From: Sporopachydermia quercuum
Taxonomy: Eukaryota
Assembly: GCA_001599295.1 (NCBI GenBank)
Contig: BCGN01000003.1
Span: forward strand, 310,001 to 374,000
Length of the DNA: 64,000 nucleotides
Direction of reading: 5' to 3'
Shown here piece by piece: positions 1 to 11,062 of this stretch. Position 1 is the first letter of the stretch; every line of letters begins with the position of its first letter. Position numbers and translations under genes: made by a program. The notes beneath the pieces were generated by a model. The model saw only the letters and a program-made list of their open reading frames with translations, searched no databases and was not told the DNA's origin.

Positions 1-1117
1 ATAAAAAACCCATTCAACAGATAATCTATTCATGTTGAGCAGTTGAAGAACAAAATTCATCAGACTCAAATCTAGGGGCAATGAAGAGAACTACGGAGAT
101 TGTAAGTCATGTGAATGGGGTATATTGCGGAAATGATACTTCATCTGATATGTGGGGTCGAGGAGGAATTGTGACTCCTAAGGAATAAAACAATTAATAA
201 CAATGCAAGAATAAATAAATAGAACTTACTGAATTACAGAGAACGAGAAAGAGTATTCAACTGATGGTATTTACTACCAGAACAATGCTTGATGGAACAT
301 TATCACTTTCTCTGGCTACCATTCCCACTCCCCAATTGAGACCCTCAATGAAATTTTATCATGGAACTTGGCATCAATATACTTACTTGTGCAAATGACA
401 AAACATGCCACCTTCTTCTTACTTACCCCAGATTAATTTCGAACCCTTCTCCAACTTTCATAATATCTTTCTTTGCTGTTCATTCCGATTTATTCCTTTT
501 CGTTCAAGCCCATATTCAGTCCGACTCGGACCTCTTACCTTATCAAATGCCCTTATATATATATATCATCTTTATCGGCACTAAGAGATAAAAACCTTAT
601 TCCAGTTTAAGAAATGTTGTGGCGCGGAATTGAACAAAGTTCATCCTACAAGGTGGGGAAAATGATGTGCTGTTGTATTAGAAACGTGCTTCGTCGGAAG
701 AAACAGAAACAAAAAGCACTTTTCAGAGAAGAAATTAGTAATATGTATGCCCTATAGAAGAATTAGGAACTATCAAATTGAATGGTTTGGCCTATGAAGC
801 TTACAATGATACGTGTAAGATATTGCCGAGAACAGCAGTAGCATTATTAACCACATAATTTGATGTGAATAAAAGTCTAAACATCAGCCGTCCAAAGACT
901 CTTTCAATCAAACACATTGGTCCAAAAACAATTTGTACCAGTTAGGTATTAACGGGAGTGAAGAGGATTTGGAAGCATTTATTATGATTTCAAGTCATTA
1001 TGAGTCGGTCACCAGCTTTTGGACAATTTTTTTGTACATGTGAAAGTTTTCTATTATAGTTTACTTATCATATAAATAAAGAAGCATCATCAGTCAAGAG
1101 GCCTCTTTCTTTATCTC

Positions 1118-1139
1118 TTTTTTTTTTTTTTTTTTTTTT
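1118..1139. repeat. poly(dT) tract (~22 nt), likely nucleosome-excluding promoter element
   Basis: Uninterrupted T run between TATA-like TATAAATA (~1071) and TATAAAA (~1174), upstream of the ORF at 1291. Confidence 0.7.
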
Positions 1140-1290
1140 GGTTGATAAACATCTGAACAGCTGAGATAATATCTATAAAACATCAATTATTTCCTACCTG
1201 TGTCTTACCACTAAGGTGTTCATTACTTGTATTTATTATTATTTTGACAAGTGTGAAAATTCCACAACTTCAAACAAACCAGTATCAGCC

Positions 1291-1572
1291 ATGTCATCAG
1301 AAGCAGAAACTAAGCCAAAGCAAGCTAAACCAGTTAAGATGGACTTTATATCTTTAACAGCTGAATCCAAGTCTCAATATGTACCAAGAGGATCATTTTC
1401 TCTAGAGTCAATGGGTTCATTGTCTGCTCCTACTGCAGATGATGGGAAATACAGAAGGCTGACCGGAAGTGATCTCAGTGATGCAGAAAAAGACTACATA
1501 CTGAAGCTACGAAAAGACAGTACAACTAGTACTAGTAGCAGCACATCTGCTACTTCAGATGTATTTGATTAG
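1291..1572 (+). CDS. Small hydrophilic Ser/Thr-rich hypothetical protein (93 aa)
   Basis: ATG at 1291 after an A/C-rich leader, with TATA-like boxes and poly(dT) upstream. Composition is protein-like (MSSEAETKPK...). No family recognised. Confidence 0.55.
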   Translation: MSSEAETKPKQAKPVKMDFISLTAESKSQYVPRGSFSLESMGSLSAPTADDGKYRRLTGSDLSDAEKDYILKLRKDSTTSTSSSTSATSDVFD

Positions 1573-2610
1573 CTTANTAATGGAGAGATTGACTCTTTCA
1601 ATTTCAATGGGAATGGTTTTTGCTTAGGGTTGTATAACGAAGAAAAATTAATGGCGATATTCATGTTTGTAATGTCAATGACTTTATTTCTTGTTTGTAT
1701 CAGTGTGATACATAATTTACTTACTACTTTTATTCCACCAATGTAGACGGTTTTAACTCCCATTTAATACCACAACCTGATTCTTTTGCTGTATCATTTT
1801 CCCACATTAGAATTAAACGCAGATAGTTGATAATGAGGTTGCTTACCCGATAGGAAATAAGAATATGTGATGCATTATCATGCATAATTCCTTCACTTTG
1901 TTCTTTTCAATCACCGGTTTCCTTCCATGATCCCATTAAGTTCAACTTCCTATTTTGACATATGAGAAGAAATGTCTCATTTAATGACAAGGACCGAGGA
2001 TAACTGATTTTCTTGTATCATATGAAAATTAGTGTAGGACGAAATTCGAATGTCATGATCTTATTATTCCCTAGTGGAAGGGTGACTCGGATATTCAAAT
2101 AACACATATCATCGATTTTATCTGTGTATCAAGTAATTGAGCAATAATCCATTTGAAGGATATCTGGTTTTACTATTTTTATACCAGTAAACAAACGATC
2201 ATAAAGATATATAATACTATATCTATTCATTCAACTCATTCTCGTGACCTACATGTCCTAAAAACCAGTAAATGTCACACACCCCCTTTTAATCGCCAGG
2301 ACATTAATATTTCCATTTTAGGGTCTTCAGCTGGAGAGTAACAAAAACAGGTACTCTGAAGCGATGTTCGGATTTGAAAATCATAGAGACTTCGGTTATT
2401 TCAATGTGTTTGCAGTGATTTTATGATCTATTATTCGCTTTATTCCCATTAATGATATAATCAAGTAAGAAGATGAAGAAATCTTTGTAAGAACAGAGGA
2501 AGACGAACCACGGTGAACTGAACTGACACAATACCTAATTTATCCGAAATCATTGAACTAGACCACTAAAGCACCTATCCTTTTAGTCATTCGTTCTTTT
2601 TCATCAGAAA

Positions 2611-5598
2611 ATGTCGTTGTCGGATCCTAACACATACGCTCCTTTACCACCAATTACTATTCCTCTTTACGAGCTAACTAATGATACCACATTATTGCCA
2701 GGGGTATTGTATAAGCTTCCTATTACCAAATTAGCTGCTTCAACCCTTATCACTCGTATAACTGCTAATCGGATTTCTCTGAAATCCACTCCTGCAATCA
2801 ACAAAGCTTCCGCTTTATCAGAAGAGGCTAAAGATGGTATCAATCAGCTAGAGCAGTATCTGAAAAGAGCTAAAGGTAGTGATGAAAACAAGNCTACTAG
2901 CCATATCACTAATGAGTCGAATGCTTCAGAACCCTCTACTGGTTCTAGCACAAGACGACTAATCCTTGACAAACCGAATCAGCAACAAAATAAAATAGTA
3001 GATTTAGTGCAAAGGGATGTTGGAAGAACTCGTAATTGGTTAATTTTTGGCTGCGTCTCGGAAAATCAAATTGAGAGATCTGAACATGATTCAGTTAATC
3101 CTGATCCAGCTTCAAATCAATTAGTATCATCTGAAAAGAAGGAACCTAATCAAATTCATGGATGCATTTCACGGTTTGTTAGTTTTGATTCGAGCAAAAA
3201 TGAAATCTCCGTTCAATTTGAAGCACTAGTTCGTTTTAGGATCCTTGAAATAACAGGATGGTCCGAAAATGATGATTATCCCAATCCTTTAGAAGCAAGA
3301 GTTGTTATTTATTCCAACACCCCTGTTTCTTCTGTTTCAAAGAAAGAGTTGAAATTATACTCTTCAAAGACAAAGGCTTTTACAGAAGCAACATTTGCCT
3401 TACTTGAGGTGATCAACCGATTTTTATCCTCGTATGCTACGACTTCAAGGGAGGCAAATCCCTTAGCTGATTTATTCTACAATAAGGTGTCCTCTCGTAA
3501 GGCATTACTTTCAAGGTTAAGTAGCATTTTGGATGTTATACCACTTGATTCAACTACACAAACCGTGCCACATATTCTAACCTTCATTGACGTGATGGCA
3601 TCTATTTTACCTTTAAGAGATTCGGACTATTCTCGTCTTTCAGCATCTGTTACATTTCCTGAGCGTTTAGCTGCTGCCGTTGATATTGCTCGTAGTTTAT
3701 CTAATATGCTCGAATCCCTTATATTACAGCTTGAGTATTTACCTCAGAGCTCTCTTGTTGGTGATTCAACGGCAGATTCTAAAGCAGGAACTACTTCTGA
3801 GGTAGAGGACAATGAAGAGGAAAACCTTGATACTCTGTATGCAACTGTCTTGGAAAATGTTACTCCTGAAGCACGGAAACTGATCTCGAAAGATATTGCA
3901 CGATTAAAACGTATGAATCCTCAACAAACAGAGTATCAAGTCACCAGAACTTATTTAGACACGCTTGCTGACATTCCATGGGGAAAATATACCGGAAGAG
4001 AAATAGACATTTCTAGTGCACGTGAGATCCTTGATAGTGACCATTATGGATTAGAAAAGGTGAAACATCGTCTACTAGAGTACTTGGCTGTATTGAAATT
4101 AACCAATAATTCGTCAACCTCTAATAACGATTCCCACTCANTTGAAGATCATAAACGTATTCCCAGCACTGCTGATGAATTGATTTCTCTTTTCAAGGCA
4201 GAATCAGCTCAACAACAAGGGCCAGAATTAGCAATCTCTAGCAATCTGCCAAAGGGTTATAAATCACCGAAATCTCCAATTTTATTGCTTCACGGACCTC
4301 CTGGTGTTGGTAAAACATCTCTTGCAAGGTCTGTGGCTAAAGCCCTAGGAAGGAAGTACTCACGTATATCATTAGGTGGACTAAGAGATGAAGCTGAGCT
4401 CCGTGGGCATCGTAGAACGTATGTCGGTGCTATGCCTGGTATGCTCGTTCAATGTCTTCGTAAAACAGGTACTATGAATCCTCTTATTCTATTAGATGAA
4501 ATAGATAAAGTAGGTAGCCGGTCCATTCATGGTGATCCTTCAGCTGCTTTGTTGGAAATTCTTGATCCAGAACAGAACTCTAGTTTTTCAGATCATTACC
4601 TTGGATTTCCTATTGACTTATCCCAAGTCATATTCATTGCTACCGCTAATGAACTAAGTACGATTTCAGGTCCTTTGAAGGATCGTATGGAAATGATCGA
4701 AATTGAAGGTTATACTTATCATGATAAGATATCTGTTGCATCGCAACATTTGGTCAGCAAACAAGTAGCCTTGCATGGATTACCATCAATGGATATTTCA
4801 CCAAATGCGTTACAATTATTGGCTACAAGGTATACACGTGAAGCTGGTGTTCGAGAACTTGAAAGGCTTATTGCATCCTTATGTCGAGCAAAAGCCATCG
4901 AACTTGCTGAAGCCAAACCTGGTGCTGTTTACTCACATAAAGTGACAGTTGACGATATAGAACGAATACTTGGTCCACCAAAATATGACCCTGATGAGAT
5001 TTCTGGCACGGGAAATGAGCCTGGTGTAGTCAATGGTCTAGCTTATATGGGGTCAGGCAATGGTGGAATACTAGTGTTTGAGACTACTGCAGTTCCAGGA
5101 AATGGTATGCTCAAACTCACAGGTAAACTAGGATCTGTGATAAAAGAATCAGCAGAAATATGCTTAACATACGTTCGTGCTAGGCAGAAGGAACTTGGTA
5201 TTGAATCATTTGGTATCAAGACCCGGGATATTCATTTGCATGCACCGGCCGGAGCAATTTCCAAAGATGGTCCCTCTGCAGGTATTGCATTTACTGTAGC
5301 GTTTGTCTCTTTAATGTCAGGACGTGTTGTGCCTAATGATTTGGCTATGACCGGTGAAATGACTCTAAGAGGTAAAATCCTGCCTGTAGGAGGAATCCGC
5401 GAGAAATTATTAGGTGCTCATGTTGCTGGTGTGAAGCGTGTGATTCTACCAAAAGCTAATGAAAGGGATGTTCATGAGATTGGATTTGACTTCGTAGCAA
5501 ATGAATTGATGCTACAGTGTTATTTTGTTTCTTCAGTTGGTGAGGCTATGAAGATCGTTTGGCCTGATTATGCNATTAATCTTGAAAGTACATTATAA
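2611..5598 (+). CDS. Lon protease, peroxisomal-type (LONP2/Pln-like)
   Basis: Walker A GPPGVGKT, LRGHRRTYVGAMPG, Walker B LLDEIDK, catalytic KDGPSAG and GIREKLLGA. No obvious mitochondrial presequence. Ends -ESTL. Confidence 0.92.
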   Translation: MSLSDPNTYAPLPPITIPLYELTNDTTLLPGVLYKLPITKLAASTLITRITANRISLKSTPAINKASALSEEAKDGINQLEQYLKRAKGSDENKXTSHITNESNASEPSTGSSTRRLILDKPNQQQNKIVDLVQRDVGRTRNWLIFGCVSENQIERSEHDSVNPDPASNQLVSSEKKEPNQIHGCISRFVSFDSSKNEISVQFEALVRFRILEITGWSENDDYPNPLEARVVIYSNTPVSSVSKKELKLYSSKTKAFTEATFALLEVINRFLSSYATTSREANPLADLFYNKVSSRKALLSRLSSILDVIPLDSTTQTVPHILTFIDVMASILPLRDSDYSRLSASVTFPERLAAAVDIARSLSNMLESLILQLEYLPQSSLVGDSTADSKAGTTSEVEDNEEENLDTLYATVLENVTPEARKLISKDIARLKRMNPQQTEYQVTRTYLDTLADIPWGKYTGREIDISSAREILDSDHYGLEKVKHRLLEYLAVLKLTNNSSTSNNDSHSXEDHKRIPSTADELISLFKAESAQQQGPELAISSNLPKGYKSPKSPILLLHGPPGVGKTSLARSVAKALGRKYSRISLGGLRDEAELRGHRRTYVGAMPGMLVQCLRKTGTMNPLILLDEIDKVGSRSIHGDPSAALLEILDPEQNSSFSDHYLGFPIDLSQVIFIATANELSTISGPLKDRMEMIEIEGYTYHDKISVASQHLVSKQVALHGLPSMDISPNALQLLATRYTREAGVRELERLIASLCRAKAIELAEAKPGAVYSHKVTVDDIERILGPPKYDPDEISGTGNEPGVVNGLAYMGSGNGGILVFETTAVPGNGMLKLTGKLGSVIKESAEICLTYVRARQKELGIESFGIKTRDIHLHAPAGAISKDGPSAGIAFTVAFVSLMSGRVVPNDLAMTGEMTLRGKILPVGGIREKLLGAHVAGVKRVILPKANERDVHEIGFDFVANELMLQCYFVSSVGEAMKIVWPDYXINLESTL

Positions 5599-5896
5599 GT
5601 AGATAAAGTAGTTGTGTCCAGAATATGTTATTTATTTGAGGTGCAAGACCAATTGAGCATAATAATTAGCAACTTGGGACATTTAGATAGTTGAATTATC
5701 TATTAAAAGTAATAATGCTTTTCAAAATGATGAGGGTAAATAAGAATGGCAAGTAAAATCAGATGAGTTTCTAATCTTCTGGATGCAATGTTAATAAAAA
5801 AACCTACATTTAATTTACAGTCTTTTGTGTGCTAATATCATAGTTACTCATGGAGTGCATATCGAAATTAACTCAGGTACTTCAATAATTAATACG

Positions 5897-7117
5897 TTAC
5901 ACTCTTTCAGCACCACTTAATCTAACAGCAGCACCATACTTCTGTAACTTTGTCAATAAGGCATCGCCTTGCTTTATAAGCTGTTGATATTGATAATTCT
6001 TGGTATCAGGACGATTTGTCATGATAATACCATTCACACGATCAATAACACAGTTAAGCTTCTTTGTTGGAATAAATCTGTTCAAATCCTCATCTAAAAA
6101 CTCAACAGAAACACCAAATCCATCAGCCATTGATTTTAATGATAATGCTTTATATGATTCAAGTAACTGTGCATATGCTTTTCTTCTCATCTCCTTGATA
6201 TAATATGAAGAATGAGGTGCCATATAAACTGATCTAATTAGATTCAAATCATGGGTTTCAATCAAGGCTCTGAAATAAGTTTGATAATCACAGGTATATA
6301 AAGAATTAACTAGAGTGACCACAGGTTCTAATAATTTTGATGTTGATAATTGAGACAAGATTTCTGGTGAATCAATGATTTTATTCTTTAAATCATTTCT
6401 TTCTAGAGAGATAGCACCAGAAATGATTGAGTATTCAGCAATCTGTTCATAAGAGCAAAGTTCAGTAGATGTAAATGTTGATAATGAATCGATTAATAGA
6501 TCAGCCGCCTCTTTAAAATTTCTAATTGATAATAAATGAACACCCTTATAAGTTTTAAATCTATTCCTTCTTTCCCAATCACCACCACGCTCAATCAAAT
6601 TAGATATCACTTCTAATTGCTTACCAACAAATGTTTTATCGTCAAAGAAAAATCCAACTCTTACAATAGTGAATAAGATATCAATTTTACTACCTGTTGA
6701 TGGCGCTAGTTCTTGAGCTTTTCTTAAAGTAGTAACAGCATTAGTTCTATCGCCAATTCTTGCATAGTATTCACCTAGTTTAATCCATCCATTTAATGTT
6801 GCAATTTCTCCATCATCTTCCTTTTCAACTTCTTCGATATTAGCCTTTAGCTTGGTGATTTCGTCGTCGTTTTTCTGTTTCAATTCCTCGTATAACTTTT
6901 CATCCCATTCAATTGGGGCAACCAAACTTGCTTGATCTGATGAATGTAAATATTGGAATAAAGGAGCTTGTGCATTTTCTTTGATCTTGTCCAGTAAAAC
7001 TTTACTTGATTCTTCATGCAATTCTTGTAAGTTCGTTCTCTGTAAATTGAATATATGCTGAGCAAGAGACAAGTCAGGGACTTGAGGGTCTTGAATAGGA
7101 TCAACTACTTCAACCAT
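5897..7117 (-). CDS. RPN7: 26S proteasome regulatory subunit Rpn7
   Basis: GGDWERRNRFKTY, YYIKEMRRKAYAQLLESY, PCI domain LNCVIDRVNG, C-terminus KLQKYGAAVRLSGAERV. Confidence 0.97.
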   Translation of the reverse strand: MVEVVDPIQDPQVPDLSLAQHIFNLQRTNLQELHEESSKVLLDKIKENAQAPLFQYLHSSDQASLVAPIEWDEKLYEELKQKNDDEITKLKANIEEVEKEDDGEIATLNGWIKLGEYYARIGDRTNAVTTLRKAQELAPSTGSKIDILFTIVRVGFFFDDKTFVGKQLEVISNLIERGGDWERRNRFKTYKGVHLLSIRNFKEAADLLIDSLSTFTSTELCSYEQIAEYSIISGAISLERNDLKNKIIDSPEILSQLSTSKLLEPVVTLVNSLYTCDYQTYFRALIETHDLNLIRSVYMAPHSSYYIKEMRRKAYAQLLESYKALSLKSMADGFGVSVEFLDEDLNRFIPTKKLNCVIDRVNGIIMTNRPDTKNYQYQQLIKQGDALLTKLQKYGAAVRLSGAERV

Positions 7118-7363
7118 GTTTTCTATTTTCTTGTGTTGCTATGATGATGTCTACTTGATTGTACCCGTTAAAGGAGCCTCGATGGATCTATACTATGGTT
7201 ATCTGTTCAGCAAAATGNCAGTATGACAAGCTAAAATGAAAAAACTCATCAATTGACACTCATCGTTAAGATAGAATTGACAACAATTATAAATGATTTG
7301 ATAACTCAGATGCAACCACTTGATCACTCATGAATATGAACCATTGTATGGTAACCTTTACTT

Positions 7364-7370
7364 GGTGGCA
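7364..7370. promoter_or_regulatory. PACE-core-like element (GGTGGCA), possible Rpn4 site
   Basis: Lies ~250 bp upstream of the RPN7 start. Matches the core of the Rpn4 element GGTGGCAAA but not its A tail. Confidence 0.35.
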
Positions 7371-7495
7371 CCTCAATGATTGTAAGGCAAGAAAAAGAGG
7401 GGGATGTATGAAGATATGTATGAAAATGGAAAACCCTGAGGTGCAAGGAGGTATGATGGTTAATGATTAGGTAAACAAAAAGAGATAATAACGCA

Positions 7496-7503
7496 TTACG
7501 TCA
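7496..7503. promoter_or_regulatory. CRE-like bZIP site TTACGTCA in the RPN7/hexokinase divergent intergenic region
   Basis: Matches ATF/CREB consensus T(T/G)ACGTCA. A second TACGTCA lies at ~7681. Confidence 0.3.
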
Positions 7504-9258
7504 TCATCAAATATGTGTTTGATTATCGAGGAGAGATTGCAAGAAAGAGGAGGCAATTGTGAGAAGTCAATGAGCTATCTACTAAATTTGCAAGAAGATT
7601 GAGACTCCTTTAGTTATGACTTAAAATTTATCATATATTTTTTCTTCTTCTTTCGCTTAAATTGAATGAAAAGATGATCATACGTCATAGTCTTGACGGG
7701 ATGATTTAATAAAGATAAATAATGTTCCATGCGATGTATATGCAAGATTGAAATAGAGTTTGTAAATAGAGTTTAGAGCAACTGCTCTTTAATGAAATAA
7801 ATAATTAGGAGGCGTTTGGCTTCAATAATTCTAAGTTTATTAAGAAATAATGCATAAGAGTACATCATAAAAGCCTTGCTTTTTCTAAATTAGTATTTGT
7901 ACTATGAGAAGAGGAATCCTCCACATTTCAAAGCTACTTCCTCTTTGTTAAGTATACCTTCTTCTTTGTGCTATTGTAAATTATGTTATTTTATAACTTT
8001 CTCGCTGGCTACAGACCTTACTTTCATTTGATAACATTTTTTTTCTTCTTATTATTTGGTAACAATCGTCTTGTCAACTACATTTGAGAATATTCATTCT
8101 TAAATTTAAGCTTTATAAAGTCTCATGCATGTAGGTTCAACCTTAACCTAATATATAACTTATAATTGATCACATAATCCAAATAACATGTAGGATCATG
8201 TAGGATCCTGCTCCTCCTGTATAAACTGTGAACTTAAATCTCAATAATAAAGTTTCATTTATAGGTTGAGACCACAAGTTTATTACGATTATTACAATTA
8301 ACTGTTATGTGTCTCAATATTGACAAATTTGATGAGGAGTTGAATCCACGGAAAAATGTAGAAACAGGCAATTTTTCACACGTAAAATGTCATCCTGAGA
8401 GTTGTACTACGCAATTGGGATAGAAAACCGGTAGGCTGGCCCAATGAGTAGTTCATGATACATCATTATGGTATCTAACTAGCTTAGCCTAGCCAGGAAT
8501 GGTCGAATTGACTGCCTACTTAGTAGTTTTGAATATTCCACAACAATCAGACAATTTAAATAGCTAACTAATTTCTTACTTTCTGTCTTCGCTAGATGTT
8601 GCACTGAAATCATTAATATTTTCTATAAATAGTGGTTGTAATACTGGATTGAGATCACTTTCCAGGCAGTCAAGAATCTTTCACCCCACTGCCTTTTCTT
8701 CCCATAAATGGTAGAAGTAACGAGAACATTTGGTAAATCATTATCTAATATATTCCCCTCATTATTCTACCTGTTAATTCACGCACAATATTTATTCTGC
8801 AAACATTCACTTGTTTATTATCCTTTTATTCAATCCATGATTACTGGAAGGTCAGCTCGGCTATTAACTGAAACCTTACCTTAAATGCTTCGTTAACCTT
8901 ATATAAAGTTAGTGTATCTGTTATGCAACTTTCTGCAATAAATATTGTAGTCACATGTAAGATCTCATTTACCTCCTCTTCACCTTCGTAAATATTAGGC
9001 CGGCAGACAATCATCTTCCTTTTTCTCATTGTTATCAGCATATTTCCTGCTAAAACTTGAGTCTTATCATTAGTATTTATCGTTATAATTTGATTTATTT
9101 CTTAGATTTCGCTTGTTTGAACTGTAGAAATTGGTATCATTCTCGGCAGATAGAACCTCTCAAGTTGTACATCAAACGCTCAATTGACTTTTTGACTAAG
9201 CCTTGGTTATATCAAACAGATCATATCACATCATCATCGCTAATCAGAAGTATCAACA

Positions 9259-10799
9259 ATGGTACATTTGGGTCCTAAAAAACCACCCTCCAGAAAGGTA
9301 TGATGCATTTATTCATAGATACATTTTGTTCTGATTGATTGACTAACAATTTAACCCAGGGTTCATATGCTGATATTCCTAGAACCTTAGCCCAAGAAAT
9401 CATAGCTCTGGAAAATCTGTTCACCGTCTCGAATGACCAACTGAAAAAAATTGCAAGCCATTTCACAAAAGAACTAGAGAAAGGTCTTACAAAAGAAGGT
9501 GGTAGTATTCCTATGAACGTTGGTTGGGTTCTTGATTATCCTACCGGTCAGGAAACCGGAGAATATTTGGCCTTGGATTTAGGAGGAACCAATCTCAGAG
9601 TTGTGTTAGTAACTTTGAGAGGTGATAGTGCATTTGACGTTACTCAATCTAAATACAAATTGCCATCATACATTCGTACAGCTTCTGCTGGACAATTATG
9701 GGAATTTATTGCTGAATGTATCACCAAGTTTATTCATAGTTCTGAAGAGGCCCAGCTAGTGGTAAAATCAGGCAGAAAGATTCCCTTGGGTTTCACATTT
9801 TCTTACCCATTGACTCAACATGCTATCAACCATGGAATTCTTCAAAGATGGACGAAAGGCTTTGATATCGATGGTGTTGAAGGAAATGATGTCGTGTCAT
9901 TGTTCAGAGGCGCTCTAGAAAAGCTAAGTGTCCCTGTTGAGATCGTTGCTATTATCAATGATACCACAGGTACATTAGTCGCTTCTCGATATACAGATTC
10001 AGAGGCTGAAATGGGACTGATTTTCGGCACGGGATGTAACGGCGCTTACTATGATAAAGTCCGTAATATTCCTAAGATCCTTGACGATCTTCCTGAAGGC
10101 ATTTCTCTGGACGATCCAATGGCAATTAATTGTGAATACGGTGCCTTTGATAACGAGCATTTCATTTTACCTAGAACCAAGTACGATATAATCATTGACA
10201 ATTCTTCACCTCGACCCAATCAACAGTCTTTTGAAAAAATGATTTCTGGTTACTATTTAGGTGAAATAATGAGATTAGTCTTGATTGATTTAATTGACTC
10301 CGGACTCATTTTCGAAGGACAAGATCATTCGATCCTCAAATCACAGCCTTATTTGCTTGATACTTCGTTCTTAGCAAAAATTGAAGAAGATCCTTGGGAA
10401 AATTTGTCTGATGTTGAGGCCCTTTTCCAAAAGGAATTGAACATTGAGACTACTGACGGTGAAAGAGAATTGATCCGTAAGTTAGCTGAAAGTATTGGCA
10501 CTAGAGCGGCAAGACTGTCAGTATGCGGAATTGCTGGAATTTGCAAGAAAATGAACATCACGAGATGTCATTGTGCTGCTGATGGTTCAGTTTTCAACAA
10601 GTATCCTGACTTCAAGAAAAGAGCTGCTCAAGCTTTGAGAGATATCTTTGATTGGGAATGTTCCCCAGAAGACTATCCCATTAAAATACTACCAGCAGAA
10701 GATGGTAGTGGTGTAGGAGCTGCTGTTATTGCCGCTTTGACTAAGAAAAGAATTGATGCAGGTAAAGCAGTTGGTCTTGCTAGTTGTAGTCATTTTTAA
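9259..10799 (+). CDS. HXK2: Hexokinase (Hxk1/Hxk2 type), 2 exons: 9259-9297, 9360-10799
   Basis: Splicing of intron 9298-9359 (GTATGA...GACTAAC...CAG) restores the typical N-terminus MVHLGPKKPPSRK|GSYADIP. Motifs LDLGGTN, LGFTFSYP, WTKGF, NDTTGT, AEDGSGVGAA. Confidence 0.95.
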
Positions 10800-11062
10800 G
10801 GCAGATCAGATTAAGGTATTCTTACGTTTGACCAATAATAATTTGATAAGCTATTAATGGAACTTATGTACTTTGCTAATAATACATAATGTTTTCTTTT
10901 TTAATGTCGACTTAGTCGACAATATAAGACGATTTAGCTGGTGATCGTGTAATTTACATTCAGGTAAATATAAGAGTAATTTCAATAATATCATAACCAT
11001 TTATTATTCATCTCAATACGAATCATTCTTATTCTCTATTGTTCATTAGATCATACAACTCC

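Noticed and set aside
10761..10800. Alternative 3' intron or stop read-through creating a PTS1 on hexokinase
   Set aside because: The products would end -GRSD, not a PTS1, and there is no branch point.
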